DNA of 63,320 nucleotides, the filler included, from Folioceros fuciformis (taxonomy: Eukaryota): assembly GCA_049999805.1 (NCBI GenBank). It is 8 parts of 8 records of this genome, joined end to end, with 100 filler letters (N's around TTAATTAATTAA, not from the genome) between each part and the next. Parts side by side here need not be neighbours in the genome. Positions count along the whole stretch, not along the records: positions 18,714 to 37,180 come from JBNGIO010003237.1; positions 37,281 to 41,207 come from JBNGIO010003238.1; positions 41,308 to 46,808 come from JBNGIO010003239.1; positions 46,909 to 56,110 come from JBNGIO010003241.1; 4 more parts are not named here. One strand, 5' to 3'. The notes under the pieces are model-generated. The model saw only the letters and a list, made by a program, of their open reading frames with translations. It ran no database searches and had not been told where the DNA came from. The number at the start of each line of letters is the position of its first letter. Position 1 is the stretch's first letter. A program made the translations under genes and the position numbers. Positions 35,951 to 48,514 of this stretch are shown here, piece after piece.

Positions 35951-36387
35951 TCCCCTTCCAGTACTCTGTTCATCAGAACAAGGACCAGCCTCCTTGAGAG
36001 GTCATTACCCGCAATCAGATCTGCTTAATCTACAGTTCGCGCTCTGTAATGACTTTGACAGACTTGACATAGGCTCTGCCGGTCGTGCGCTGGCTCCAAG
36101 CTTGAATAGCCCGACGGAAACGGCTCGATTACATAGCCGTTGCCCGCGCCGAGCAAGAGAGGCCAGGAAAGCCACCCAACGCGATGGCAAGAGAGAGAGA
36201 GGCGGACTCGGTCCAGTAGAGAGAGACGGAGCGACGGCAGCTGAACCCGATGAAGACTGATCCTCAGCCCCTCGAAATGCATTGTGGCTCTGCCGAGCTG
36301 CGTCCTGACTCCCCTCACCTCCGCTTCTCCCTCAACTCAAACACCCCGAGTCTCGGCGAGTCTCCACATTTCCCCGGAGTGGCGGCC

Positions 36388-37180
36388 ATGGCGGTCTCCA
36401 GGTCGCGGAAGGCGCAGGGAAGGGGCAGTGAGTCGCCAGCGGCGGTAGCTGTGCTCCTCATTCTCCTCGCGCTTCTGCAATGCGGCAGCGCCACCGACCA
36501 CCTGGTTGGCGGGGACGGGTCATGGACCTTTGCCCAATACCAGGCCTGGTCTGACAATACCACGTTTGTGGCCGGGGACACCATCAGTGAGTTTGAGCGG
36601 ACTGCTGTTGTCTGTGTTTTTCTATGAAGGGTGCTGCGTTTTTCCTCGTGAGCCTTTGTGCGTGTGGATGACGTCTCGGGAGCAGCATTGCATGGCCTCT
36701 CAAGAGTTTGGCGATTTGTTGATGTTTATGTTGTCACGGGAGCTGGCATGCTTCTCGTTGACGTGTTGTTTTTATCCTTGATCGGTTGTTGTGGTTCCCG
36801 CAGCGTTCAGGTATCAACGGGGCGCGCACGACGTTGTGACCTTGGTCAGTCAGAACGATCTCACGAACTGCAATGTAGGTTCTCCGACGAACACGTACAG
36901 CACTGGGAATGACGTCGTCCCTCTGGTTGAAGGAACGACCTACTTCACCTGCAGCTTTGACACCCATTGTCCTCAAATGCATTTTTCAGCTGTTGCTGCG
37001 GCTTCTGTTGCAGCTCCCAGCCTGCCTCCAACATCTTCATCGCCTCCTCCCACTTCCTCATCCCCTCCTCCGACTAACTCATCCCCACCTCCGACTACCT
37101 CATCTCCACCTCCGACTACCTCATCCCCACCTCCGACTACCTCATCCCCACCTCCGACTACCTCATCCCCTCCTCCGACT
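36388..37180 (+). CDS. Phytocyanin (plastocyanin-like blue copper protein) with Ser/Pro/Thr-rich tail; exons 36388-36586 and 36804-37180+, 3' end in gap
   Basis: Signal-like hydrophobic stretch; HLVGGDGSW..YQAW....FVAGDTI|TFRY...HDVV..C..YFTCSFDTHCPQMHF. Confidence 0.9.
37030..37180 (+). repeat. 21-bp coding tandem repeat (TTSSPPP)n
   Basis: ACTACCTCATCCCCACCTCCG-type units running into the gap. Confidence 0.9.
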
Positions 37181-37280
37181 NNNNNNNNNNNNNNNNNNNN
37201 NNNNNNNNNNNNNNNNNNNNNNNNTTAATTAATTAANNNNNNNNNNNNNNNNNNNNNNNNNNNNNNNNNNNNNNNNNNNN

Positions 37281-40200
37281 GTGCGTTGAAGGTTAGGGGG
37301 GTGTTTCTTAAACAGAATTTGATGTTGGTGGGGGGAAACATCTTGACACTTGCTCATGATACCTAATCATGTTACACACGCCATACAAAATTAAAAGAAG
37401 CTAGGTTGGTGAGCACTTATCACAGCCCGACTAAACACCAAATCAGCTTGCCTGAACACCAAATTACCTTGGTTGAACACTACATCAACTTGTCTAAACA
37501 CTACATCACCCTAGCTGAACACAAAATCAGCTTGCCTTGACACAAAAACAACCTAGCTGAACACAAGATCAGCATGCCTAAACACTACATCACCCTGGCT
37601 GAACACAAAATGAGCTTGCCTTAACACTACATCAGCTGAACACCATCACATCCTCATGAACACCAAATTAACCCCATACCCACCAAATTTGCTAAACACC
37701 ATCACAACCCCATTAAACACCAAAGTACCCCGGCTACACACTAACCAAGCACTTACATCCAACAAACAAAAACACAAACACCAAATGACCTGAATAACCT
37801 CCTCCCCCAACTAGTAGTGTAAATAAAACCACTACAAGGATCATGACATAGTAGTATCCTCCATAATTGCCAAGTGCCTTTCTTCTTCCTTGGCCGTGAC
37901 CGTTCTTCAATGCCTCTAAATCGTACCAGCCTGTTTGTTCCATCATTTGGGACCAACTCCTCTATCCTTGTTATTCTACTTAAGGCCTCATCTTTCTAAG
38001 CCGCAACTTCCCTAATACGATGTTGTGCTTGTTCCATTATTGCACAAACCTCAAACAAAATATCAGGCTATGCTTCGACCATGCTTGGAATACTCATACA
38101 TATTGCATCCAAGTCTCGACGTCTTTTCAACTTCAACTCTTCTAAGTTTTTGGGTTGCCTCAAATTAGGTGTCACACTATAAGTCGTGCTTTGCGGCATT
38201 ACTTTTATAGGTTATGCATTTCTATCACATTGGTCTCAACAACAACATTGATGTTAGGTAATGCACTACCTCCATCCTTTTTTTTTTGGAACAAAAAAAA
38301 TCTGATTATTCGTAGCCTAGGCTGCCGCAAGGATACAGCAGTTACGTATGCAATTGAATGAGAAGTTAGCATGCAAGCTAAATCTACTCTGCAAAAACGA
38401 GTACCTGATCTATTTTGTGGGCGAGAGATACCCATTCCTAATGGTGCTTACATGCCCCAAGGGCAGGCGTGGTCCCACTGGCCATTGTGCTAGAGGAAGC
38501 CTGCTAGCTTCCACTCTTTACTTTTGAACTTAGAGTGGGCGGAAGTGCGCATGCTTTCCGCGACCACAAGGGCCTACTCCCAAATGCGCCATAACAGAGC
38601 TTTCCCAAAAACCGGATCGTTTCTGCCATAGACCATTGCCGTCCAGTTTTGCCATAACAAGAAAAGAGACAAGGACCAAACCACTCCCTACCATTGGTAC
38701 TGAAGTAGCGACCCCCCCGACTGCCCATCTAGCCCGAATAAGGTAGTTTGCTTGGAAACCAGGATGGTCCTTTCAGGGAGAAGTTCGTGCAACCACCGGC
38801 CAACTTCGTTCTAGATACCTTGCGCATAGTCACACTGATAAAAAATATGTTGGCTTTTATGAGGGGCGCCAACACTGCATAGCCTACAACATTCCTGCCC
38901 CATAGCCACCAATAACCCATCCCAGCGGTCTATATCAAGCTACCTTCATCCTTTGCCCCAGCATGATATCGATTGGTACACCATGCAAGGTGCAAAACAT
39001 AAGAAGTATGTTCAAATACACCACAAACTTGTTGCACCTTCACTACATGTTTGCATAGAAAACCTTTTTGCCCCATTGCACAACCTCAAAATGCCCAAGG
39101 TGATTGTGCTGCCTCAATAAGATATATTTTCGCACTATCTTCAGAGGATATGCAATATGCCAAAGTAGACCCATTGTTTGACGGAAATGTGACAGCTGTG
39201 TCTGGAATGGTTCTTGCTGCAAATAAAACATGTTCATATACATTCTCTAGCTTCGAATTTAGCCTGTAACCACCAGCCTTAGTGAAATCAAGGTACCAAT
39301 AATGACGTCCTACCTCATTCACTAGTTGATGCAAAAGCCAATCCATACACCTTTTTGGTAGCACTGCTTAGTGAACGACACTCTTTCCTTCAAAAAGCAA
39401 TGAAAGGCCTCCAATGCGGATGTGACATCCTGTCCAGCGTGAGGATACAACCTGCAATTCTTCAATCACATATCTGCCAAAAAAAAAAAAAAAAACCATT
39501 ATACTCCTCACCCAACGTACGTCCAAGAACACAGCCCTTAAATTATGAAAACAACACTGCAACATAGAAGCAAAATACCTATAGATTCGTCCCACTGTTA
39601 CTTGAAGTACTTAACAAATGCTGGGCTTCCATGCCACTTCTTATAGAAGAACTCTAATAATACGCTACCCTTGCAACAGTATCCTCATATGTGCCATGGC
39701 CTTTCACATACATACTATCTGGAAGAGTAGCCCAAATTTTCTTCCTTGCAATACTACATTTCACCTTCCTCAAAAGGTTTCGTTGCCATGCCTTCCTAAC
39801 ATGCTATAAGCACAACACAACATGTATATGTGCCCCCCATACCTGTTTCAATGTACATATCTCTGCCAAACAATCATCAACTAAAAAACAACTAGGAACC
39901 CATGTTGCACATATGTTAGAGCTACTTGTTGCAGCGGCTTCAATGCTAAAGAAATGATAGTAGCCTCCTCTGCTAGTGCCCAAGCAACTGGAATACCATT
40001 TAGGTGTTGATAAAAAACCATCAGAGTGAATAAGTGGTACCGATACTTGTTCATACCAAATGTGGCATCCATGGCTAAAACACTATTCATCCCATGCTTA
40101 ACCAACATTTGCCGCATGAAAGGAGTTTGCAATCCTAAAACAAATGGTTCACCCGGTTCTGACCTATGAAAGATAAGGTCAGTATTCACTTTCAACCACA

Positions 40201-41207
40201 TCTTGGTTGACTTTGTATCATCTACATGGAGTTTCCACTCACCTGCTTCCACCTGCCGTTTCATGTTCAACACATCCTTGCGCTACAGGTAGTCGTCTCA
40301 AATGTCATCTCTAGGTCCATGTCCGGGATAGTGCGCCATCTTCTCGTACACAACTGCAATATGTCGATGCATAATCTCCGACATAGAAACCTTGCAATAA
40401 AGACAATGTTTCATCCAATCCTTCTTCTCCTTCGAAAGCCAAGGAGCTCTAGACATTTTAGGATGACCCCCACATATTGTGGGTCATGACAAACCTCACA
40501 CTCGGGATCTACATGCGTTCCTTCACGAAGGAGGATTTGAGCCACATCTGGAAATAAAAGCAACTTCTTCACAACAAAATTTGCCATACATTCAGTTTTC
40601 ATTCGTACATTCTTCAGTGTCGTGCCTTCTCTATAATCTTGTGGTCCATATGAGCACCAATATTTGCATAGGTAGTCAATATATTTAAGGCATGTGTACC
40701 CTTCAAATTGGTAACTACATCATGTTAGACTAAGTGGGCACATAACCTAGCAAAGAAAAAGCCTTGTCACACTTAAACACAGCAACTTAAAAACATGTGG
40801 TTAGAAAAAGCTATGGAGTGCAACAACTTGGAGAGGAAGATCTATCATACCTAATGTATGTGCTTGCAGTCTCCAGGGACGGCACAATTGGTATAGGCAA
40901 GGAATGTTCACTCTTCAAATCCTTCCAATAGAAGCTTGTAGCGCATCTCAAGCCTTCTCCAGAAACATAGTCATCCATACTACTCCAAGGAATATAAGCA
41001 ACCTTCATGTCATTCACCACCTGCCAGCTAAGATCATCTGCACTGAACTGCCCAAGTGTCGGCGATTGAATGAACAACGGACACTCCATGGTGTGCAAGC
41101 TCCGAAAATGAGGTTCAAGAGCTTCCTACTTTGCTGTGTTCATGTTTGTAGGGGATGATCCGCGCACGGTTTTCAATGCAGTTGGTGACCTGCACATGGT
41201 TGTAGAC
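37281..41207 (-). mobile_element. Degenerate Mutator-like (MULE) DNA transposon with short subterminal repeats (~37430-37740)
   Basis: MDATFGMNKYRYHLFTLMVF..GIPVAW (MULE domain); SWIM-like C...KGFLCKHV at ~39045-39090; repeated CTGAACAC/TAAACAC motifs; limits approximate. Confidence 0.75.
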
Positions 41208-41327
41208 NNNNNNNNNNNNNNNNNNNNNNNNNNNNNNNNNNNNNNNNNNNNTTAATTAATTAANNNNNNNNNNNNNNNNNNNNNNNNNNNNNNNNNNNNN
41301 NNNNNNNGCATTTCTTGTAGACGAATC

Positions 41328-41920
41328 CCTGGTGCCAAAATGTAATGTAAAAGTATTCCCAGGTTATCGAACAAAGGGACTCGCATGAAGAAGATGCAAG
41401 TTTTGTTCCAACGCCACAAAAGCACTCACAATCTCACAAACACAAGCACAACACTCTATTCTCTTATTAAACACTCAAGTTTATGCTCCTTCAACACTCA
41501 CAAAACCTTACACGGGTCACCAACATCTCTCGTTTTGCTCTCTCTATTCTTGCTCGCTATGCTCATAACTACTTCGAATCAACGAAAGGCTAGCTTATAT
41601 AGCGGCTAATCCCCGGCAACGGCACCAAAATGTAGAGCTAGGATAAGTACTCATGATATTGAACTCGAGGATTCACCACAACGATCTGCAAACACAAATC
41701 CAACATGCAATTGCATAATCTCACACAATTGCTGCACACACTCAATCTCTTATTAATCTCTAGCGCTTCTGTGCTCTTAATATCACAATCTCAAACCCTC
41801 CACGGGTCACCAATCTCTCTCTCTTATGCTTTCTGTGAAGCTCTCTCTCTGAGCTCACAATCTCATAATAAATTAAAACTATTAAAACGCTAGCTCATAT
41901 AGTAGCCAACCCTAGCTAAA
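41328..41920 (-). mobile_element. Two tandem related LTR-like units; one followed by an Athila-type tRNA-Asp PBS (41610-41627)
   Basis: Minus strand CTACA-TTT-TGGTGCCGTTGCCGGGGA; second unit TACA-TTT-TGGCACCAGG; shared CACGGGTCACCAA and GCTAGCT.ATATAG motifs. Confidence 0.6.
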
Positions 41921-42064
41921 CTGCAAGTTAAAAGTTAACCCAATGCGAGTTAATCTTAATCTAATTAAAGCAATTAAAATTTTATCTTCGCTTAATTCTT
42001 CCGCTTTAGCTTATTCTTGAACTTTATTCCGTTGCATTAGATCTTGCAAAATAGTGGTTAATAG

Positions 42065-43926
42065 TTCCATATGCTGAGGCTGAAGGTTGTTTAATTTTTT
42101 TGGTCAATTGGACTCACCCTGATATCAGCTACTCTATGAGTGTGGTCTCGCAGTTCATAAAGGCACCTGGCAAAGCACATTGGGGTACTGTTAAACGTAT
42201 CTGTCGCTATTTTCGAGGGACAATGCAATATGGCCTACACTACACTAGAACTAGCAAGCTTGAGTTTGACTTATCTACATTTGCTGATGTTGATTGGGCG
42301 TCTGATGTGGATACTAGGAAAAGCCTATCATCTCTTGTTTTCTTGATGGCACAAGGTGCTGTTAACTGGTCTTGTAAGAAGCAGACTTCTCTTGCATTGT
42401 CCTCGACTGAAGCTGAGTACAAGGCCCTGACAGATGCATGTAAGGAATTAGAATGGGAACGATAATTTCTAGATGTTGTTCACTTACTACAGAAGGAGCC
42501 AACTTTGCTGCTCTGTGACAATATGTCAACTATTGCCTTGGTGTCTAACCCCCGCTTCCATGCTAGAACCAAGCATATTGAGTTGTATCACCACTACATT
42601 CGAGATGTTGCTGAAAGGGGCATAGGCAAAGTCGAGTATGTCAGTACTGAAGATAATATTGCTGACATTCTCACAAAGGGCTTAAGTAAGCCAAAGCACT
42701 ACAAGCACCTTGCAGCCTTGGGGCTGAGGGTGTTCTCTATGCCTACTACAACCTAGAAATCCACTAACCTATGCCAGCAGGTGCTACAGCACAAGAATAG
42801 TTGCATGTCCTCGTAGGGATTACTTTACAACCTAGGTTGTTGGCACTCTCGTGGACAGGCATTCCTCTATGCTAGTACTATGTTGTATGTAGGTTAACGA
42901 ATATGTGTGGCACCAGGTGGTATTTTTCAGGTTTATGCAGCCTTTCCATCTACACACTTACGTAAACAGGATCACTCAGTGGATAAAGCTAATAGTACAA
43001 AATCCAGTCGTGAGCTGTTCCTGTATCAACTACCAACAGAAACAATGGCTTTGTCTTGCTTACTATGCTATGGAGGAAGGCAGAGTTTTTACGTTGCCCC
43101 TGTACCAGACTCGTTGTCTCCAAGTGTGCTCTCGAAGCCCATATTCTTCACCTCCTTGACCATCTGCTAGATCTCAGGGACTGTAAGTGGAAACATGCGA
43201 GGAACACGAGCAAGGATTCTACCCACCAGTTCCTTCAGCTCGAGTGACTTTAGTTTGGCCGACTAAAAATCGTGGTCAAGCTCCTCCATCTTCTTCAGGG
43301 TCAACATGAGGTGTGAGAGCAGATTTCTGTCTGCCTGTGTTGGCCACCCTACCGGATGCCTAGCTCTCTCTATGGCACAGTAAGGACTTGAGTCGGCCAT
43401 CACTGTCGAAATTCCTGAGTTCATATCCAAGAATCGAGCCACTCCAACCTTGGTGATGGTCATCCCCTCCTTGGTAGCCAGGTTCCGCTTGCGCCATTCC
43501 TCCATGCTGCTGCTTGCCGCTATGCTCTCAGTTGTGACGATGCACAGGACCACAAGAACAAGCTCACTATTTGTCTTCATGGCCAAACAGCCAGACATCG
43601 CCTGTTCCTTGCGATTATGTCCTAGCCTGTCTTGCATGCAACTCAACAGCCGCTCATGCTTTGCTTGCCTGCTCAGTCTTAATGACTCTGAAACTGAAGG
43701 CAAGAGCTAGCCCTAGACACTGTTTTTAATAGATCTCGTTATGTTAACCCTGTTCGGTTAAGAGGGAGTGTTAGGGTTATTTAGTGAAGACTAGTTAACC
43801 TCACTTGGTTAACGTTTGGGTTACATGAGTATTTAAGACAATTTTGTATTCTACATTTAATGAATTCGTTCATTCTCTTGTGCACTTGTGTGTTTGGTGT
43901 ACGAGAGCTTCTTTATTTTATTTACA
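42065..43926 (+). mobile_element. Copia 3' end: RT/RNase H remnant, ~1-kb 3' region, PPT and 3' LTR (43769-43926)
   Basis: FADVDWA; WSCKKQ; FHARTKHIE; ADILTKGL; AAGAGGGAG|TGTTAGGGTTATTT...TTTACA. Confidence 0.9.
43263..43703 (-). CDS. Antisense ORF of unknown function in the Copia 3' region
   Basis: 146-aa frame that continues in the same register past a stop (SAKLKSLELKELVGRIL..). Confidence 0.35.
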   Translation of the reverse strand: MPSVSESLRLSRQAKHERLLSCMQDRLGHNRKEQAMSGCLAMKTNSELVLVVLCIVTTESIAASSSMEEWRKRNLATKEGMTITKVGVARFLDMNSGISTVMADSSPYCAIERARHPVGWPTQADRNLLSHLMLTLKKMEELDHDF

Positions 43927-45640
43927 GGTTTTGGTACTCATCCTCCACCGCGAGTTGCCACTTGGAGGATTCAAGGCCATAGAAAGCTTGGGTAAGTGCA
44001 GTGGGCTCCTCCGGCAGTGAAGGTGGCGAGGAGTGAGCTGCAGACAGTTAGCCAAAAGAGGACTTGAAGTCAACTGATTGGTAAGGGGGCTTAGCCCACT
44101 GTGTTGGCAGCGGGCGGTGACGAGCATTGCGACGCAAGCCGGGGGAGACCCACCTTGAGGAGGCGACACCTCGTCAACAGGCAAGAGCTCAGTCGGTGGC
44201 TCATCTGCAACAATCTCATGTGGAGCAAGGGGATCAACTGGTATGGGATCCAAGGGCGCTTCAGCAGGTTATTGGTCGGTTGGGGGAACAAGGGCAGCGT
44301 CTTCTCCCTCCTCGTCCGGTGGAGACCAAGAGTCGCCGCCCTCGCCCTCAGAGTTAGTGTCCTCAAGAGGATCGTCATCGTCTTGCAGGAAATGTGAAGT
44401 GGAGTTAGGCTGGTGGTGACTCGCGTCGGGTCGTGAGTCGGACACAGTTCCCTTTGAGGTTGGCCGCGTGAGTTCCAGGAACATAACATTGCAGGCCAGG
44501 ATAATGCTGTGATCTTTAGGATCAAACAATTTGTAAGCTTTCACATTCTCGCTATATCCAACCAGCAAGAGCTTTCGCGACCTATCCTCCAACTTTCGGC
44601 GCTTGGTCTTTAGTATGTAGGCATAAGCTGTAGAACCAAAGACTCGAAGGTGGAGGATGCTAGGTTTTTGATTCCAGAAAACCTCATACAGGATACGCCT
44701 GGGGACAGCGCCAGTGATGACTCAATTGAGGATGTAGGTGGCAGTGACAATGGCTTCTACCCAGAAGCCCTGAGGAAAGCCAACCCACAACAACATGCTT
44801 CAGGTCATTGAGAGCAGGGTTTGATTTTTGCACTCTGAAACCCTGTTTTGCTATAGGGTATAAAATGCGCTGAGCTGCCTCTCAATACCTCGCTCCCGCA
44901 AGAAGTCATTAAAGATGTTATTCACAAATTCTGTAAAGTTGTCACTTCTGAGGATTTTCAGCAAGTGACCTGTTTGTCTCTCGGCAACCTGGAGCCAATC
45001 TCGGAAGTAAGTGAGCGTGTCACTCTTGAGGTGCATGGGATATGTCCATGAGTACCTACTAAAATCATCCGTAAGGGTGAGGTAGTAGCGTGCTCCCCCT
45101 AGTGATGGTTCATGGATCTTTCCAGAGATGTCTACGTGAACCAATTCCAAGGTGGTAGTTACCCTGTGAGCGTGCTTGGAGAAGGGGAGTTCTTTCTGCT
45201 TCGCAAACACACAAGATTCACACACGTGGAGGTGCCGAAAACACTTAGGTAGGGGCTCCATATACAAGTTTTGTGACCCATGGATGTAAGCTTTTTTTTG
45301 TTAATGTGTCCCAACCTTGCGTGCCACAAAGATGCTAGGTTGTCGGAGGTTGACGGCGACAATTCGGCAGTGAAGGCAAACAGTTTGCTCCCATCGGCAA
45401 ATGAGAGCCTGTACAGGCCGTCTTGAGGCACAACAATGAAGAGGCACAAGTCAGGATTTGTGGTCCTGGAAAAACAACATGACCTCCTTGAAGCGAGCAT
45501 CTCAAGATCGCCTTGCTTGAGCAGTTGGGTCATGGAGACCAGGTTCTTGCCCATCTGCGGGACGAGGAGCACAGGCTCCAAGGTAAGCACCGAACCATTT
45601 CGAAGGGGAAATTTGCAAGTGCCTTGTCCCATGATAGACT
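43927..45640 (-). mobile_element. Degenerate Copia pol (protease C-terminus, integrase, pre-RT)
   Basis: LWHARLGH; LELVHVDISG; LRSDN; LLVGYSENVKAYKL; WQLAVEDEYQNL truncated by the nested LTR. Confidence 0.9.
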
Positions 45641-45653
45641 TGATCTACTCTAT

Positions 45654-46660
45654 CGTGCTAAGGCAATGTTGTGATAAGTCGAGTATTGAGCCTAGCCAGC
45701 ACCACTTGAAGCTTGGGGTTCCGGCCTGCACATGCAGCATTTGTACCTGTATCCTAGTGTTGTTTCCCACTACTCTCCATGTCACAAATTGCAGCACAAT
45801 CTGCTGCAAGTGAGGACAGTCCATGTCCAGAAAATGGAAGATCCTGATTCGAAGAGATTGCAGCAAAGACTTGCAGCAATTTGGGTTTGAAAGGAGCTGC
45901 GTGACACACGCAGCTTGGTGAGTCATTAAGTTACACCATGAATTGCAACACTAGAATCAAAGGCACTGAAAATGTTCTTCATCCTAGCTCCCAATTCCGG
46001 AGAACACAAAAACATGGTTTGAGCTGCCTTCCCCAAGTTACAGCGCTACACGGCGCAACTTCAACAACTATCGACTTCTGCCTTGGCTGCCCCTTTTGCC
46101 TAGTGCCAGCCATCTTCACGATCTAGGGTCCAGCTAAGTTGGCTTCACGCCCTTCACGCCCTTTACGCCCTCTGAGCGCTGCTCCTTCCATGATGCCTTG
46201 CTAGTGTACCCTAAGTTCTATTGTTTTCCCACGTTTGGCAGCAGGGTTCCACCAACAACAAGTTGGGAAATATCCAACATGTGTTTCGACTCAACATGCC
46301 TAGAAACATCTAGCTATTTCTAAGCTAGTTTGCAAAATATTTAGCTAAGCTAGGTTCATTTATCCTAGCATTGGTTTACTTAAGACATATATTTGCTATC
46401 CTATTCTAAACAACATTGGCTGAGGGTTTCTTACCTTATCGGCGGTCACCTTCATGACAGTTGTCGTGCTAGGGAAATATTGTGATGAGTCGAGTCTTGA
46501 GCCTGGCCAGCACCACTTGAAGCTTGGGGTTCCAGCTTGCACATGCAGCATTTGTACCTGAATCCTAGTGTTGTATCCCACTACTCTCCATGTCACAAAT
46601 TGTAGCACAATCTGCTGCAATTAAGGACAGTCCATGTCCCAAAAATGGAAGATTCTGATT
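45654..46660. repeat. ~200-bp direct duplication (45654-45850 and ~46463-46660)
   Basis: Near-identical CGTGCTA..GCCAGCACCACTTGAAGCTTGGGGTTCC..GGACAGTCCATGTCC..GAAGAT.CTGATTC. Confidence 0.85.
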
Positions 46661-46908
46661 CCCCTCCCCCCAGCTGATTGTGCCATAGTTACAACTGGTG
46701 TAGCACAGCAAGGGTAGTTCTGAACCTCCAAAGTTTGGGGTAGTAGTTTGTTTTGGTTGAAAAAGGGTTAATAGTGGTATGGTTTGGTTTTCTTTTTCAA
46801 CTTATTTTNNNNNNNNNNNNNNNNNNNNNNNNNNNNNNNNNNNNNNNNNNNNTTAATTAATTAANNNNNNNNNNNNNNNNNNNNNNNNNNNNNNNNNNNN
46901 NNNNNNNN

Positions 46909-48514
46909 GCATGTACAAGAGGCATGATGGCACCTCACAACGTAGCAAAAACACGACATTCCGAACTCGAGGAAGCCTGGCGATGGCCGCTGCTGGATAG
47001 GGAGATCCGGGCAGGCGAGTGCACGCAATGTTCCTGGGCGGCGACATTGAGGTTGTGTTGCTCTGCAACGATGGTTTCGGAGATGAATCGGGAGGAGGAC
47101 CCTCATCAAGTGGAAGGCAACTTCCCTACTTTCTTTGTTATTTTCCGTTGTGTGTGGCAGAAGGAGGAAGAGGGGATGAATCCGCCGGCTGCGGAGCGGA
47201 AGTGGACATCTGTTTCCCTTATTCCCTGGCGCTTCAACTGTCCTTTAATCACTGAGAGGAGAAGAGAGTCAAGAAGGAGAGTGAGTCGAGTGTGGGAAGA
47301 AGATAAGAGGGTGAGTGAGAAGGAAGCAGAAGAGAAGTGAGTATGTGAGTTGAGGTGAGAGGGATTGGAACTGTGGTAAGTGTAGAGAGGCAGGCGAATC
47401 CGCCGACTACAGAGTGGAGGGAGCATTTGTCCTTCCCTTACTTTCTAACCTGCTAACCGTGAGTGAGAATGTTGTGAGGTTGTGTGGAGAAAATGGGTGG
47501 TGATGAAGTCGTGGAGCAGACCCTGAAGGGGCTGGGTGTGTGTGATAATGTCGTTGAGTCTGTGAGGAGAGGCGCCGTGAGAGACAGTTCGGGGAGTGTT
47601 GATGTGAGTGGTGCTGTGTTGTGTGGTAACCGGGTGCGCGCGTGTATTGGGGTGATCGCGAGTGCGTGCGCTGGAAATGTGGTGCGATTGAGAGAGCGTT
47701 ATGTCAGTGGTGAGGCTGCTGGAAGCACACTGAAGAAACTTTGGGTAAGTGTGGAAGGGGGTCGAGAGAGTTAGGCCTGCGAAATGACCAAGGCTTTGTC
47801 TAAGAGTCGTGGTTGATGAAGGGTTGTGAGAGGTACTTGTACACTGGAAAGGGACGTGTGCTGAGTGTGTTGTGGGGGTGGAATGTGAGGAGAACTGACT
47901 AGAGTTGGTAGAGGGAGAGAGTGTTGAGCGACGGCGGCAAGGTCGCGACGGTCGCTAGGGTGAGGGCGACCGTGAGAGTCATCGGCACGGCAATATCTGG
48001 CTTGTGTCGGAGTGCTGAGTGAGTGTTGGCGTGGAGTGTGAATGTCTGCAAAGTGGGAGTATCTAAGTGTGTTTGTGTGGGGTGTAAGTAACCCCAAATC
48101 GCCCCTCAGAAACTACGAGGGGAACCCGCGGAGAAATATTTGAACCACGAGTATTAGTTAGAAGCTGGAGGTGGGACCCACCCCGGTAGTGGAATCGACT
48201 ACTGGTTGTGGAGGCCCCACCGGTAGTTGGAAGGTCGGTAGTTGTAGATACCCCTACCTCAGTAGCTGAGTGAGTCTTGGGGGGTTGTAGGTTTGGGCTG
48301 AGGTAGTTAAGCCACCTGAGGATAGTGGTAGGGGAACTTGTAGGTAGTAGAACCGGAGGTAGGTAAGACCCGACCAAGGTAGAGACCGACTTTTAGAAGA
48401 AACCTGTGTTATTTGACACAAATCATTCCCTTGGGATCGAATCCCACTGCTATAACGACATAGAGGGTTTGTGTGGACCTCGCGGTACCCCCGGGTACAA
48501 TATTTTCCTCCACA
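46909..48514 (+). mobile_element. 3' part of a giant-family Gypsy LTR abutting the RNase H/integrase junction of a Gypsy pol
   Basis: Ends GGGTACAATATTTTCCTCCACA; followed directly by (N)ADYISRLQ..EDEFPDE rather than a PBS. Confidence 0.85.
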
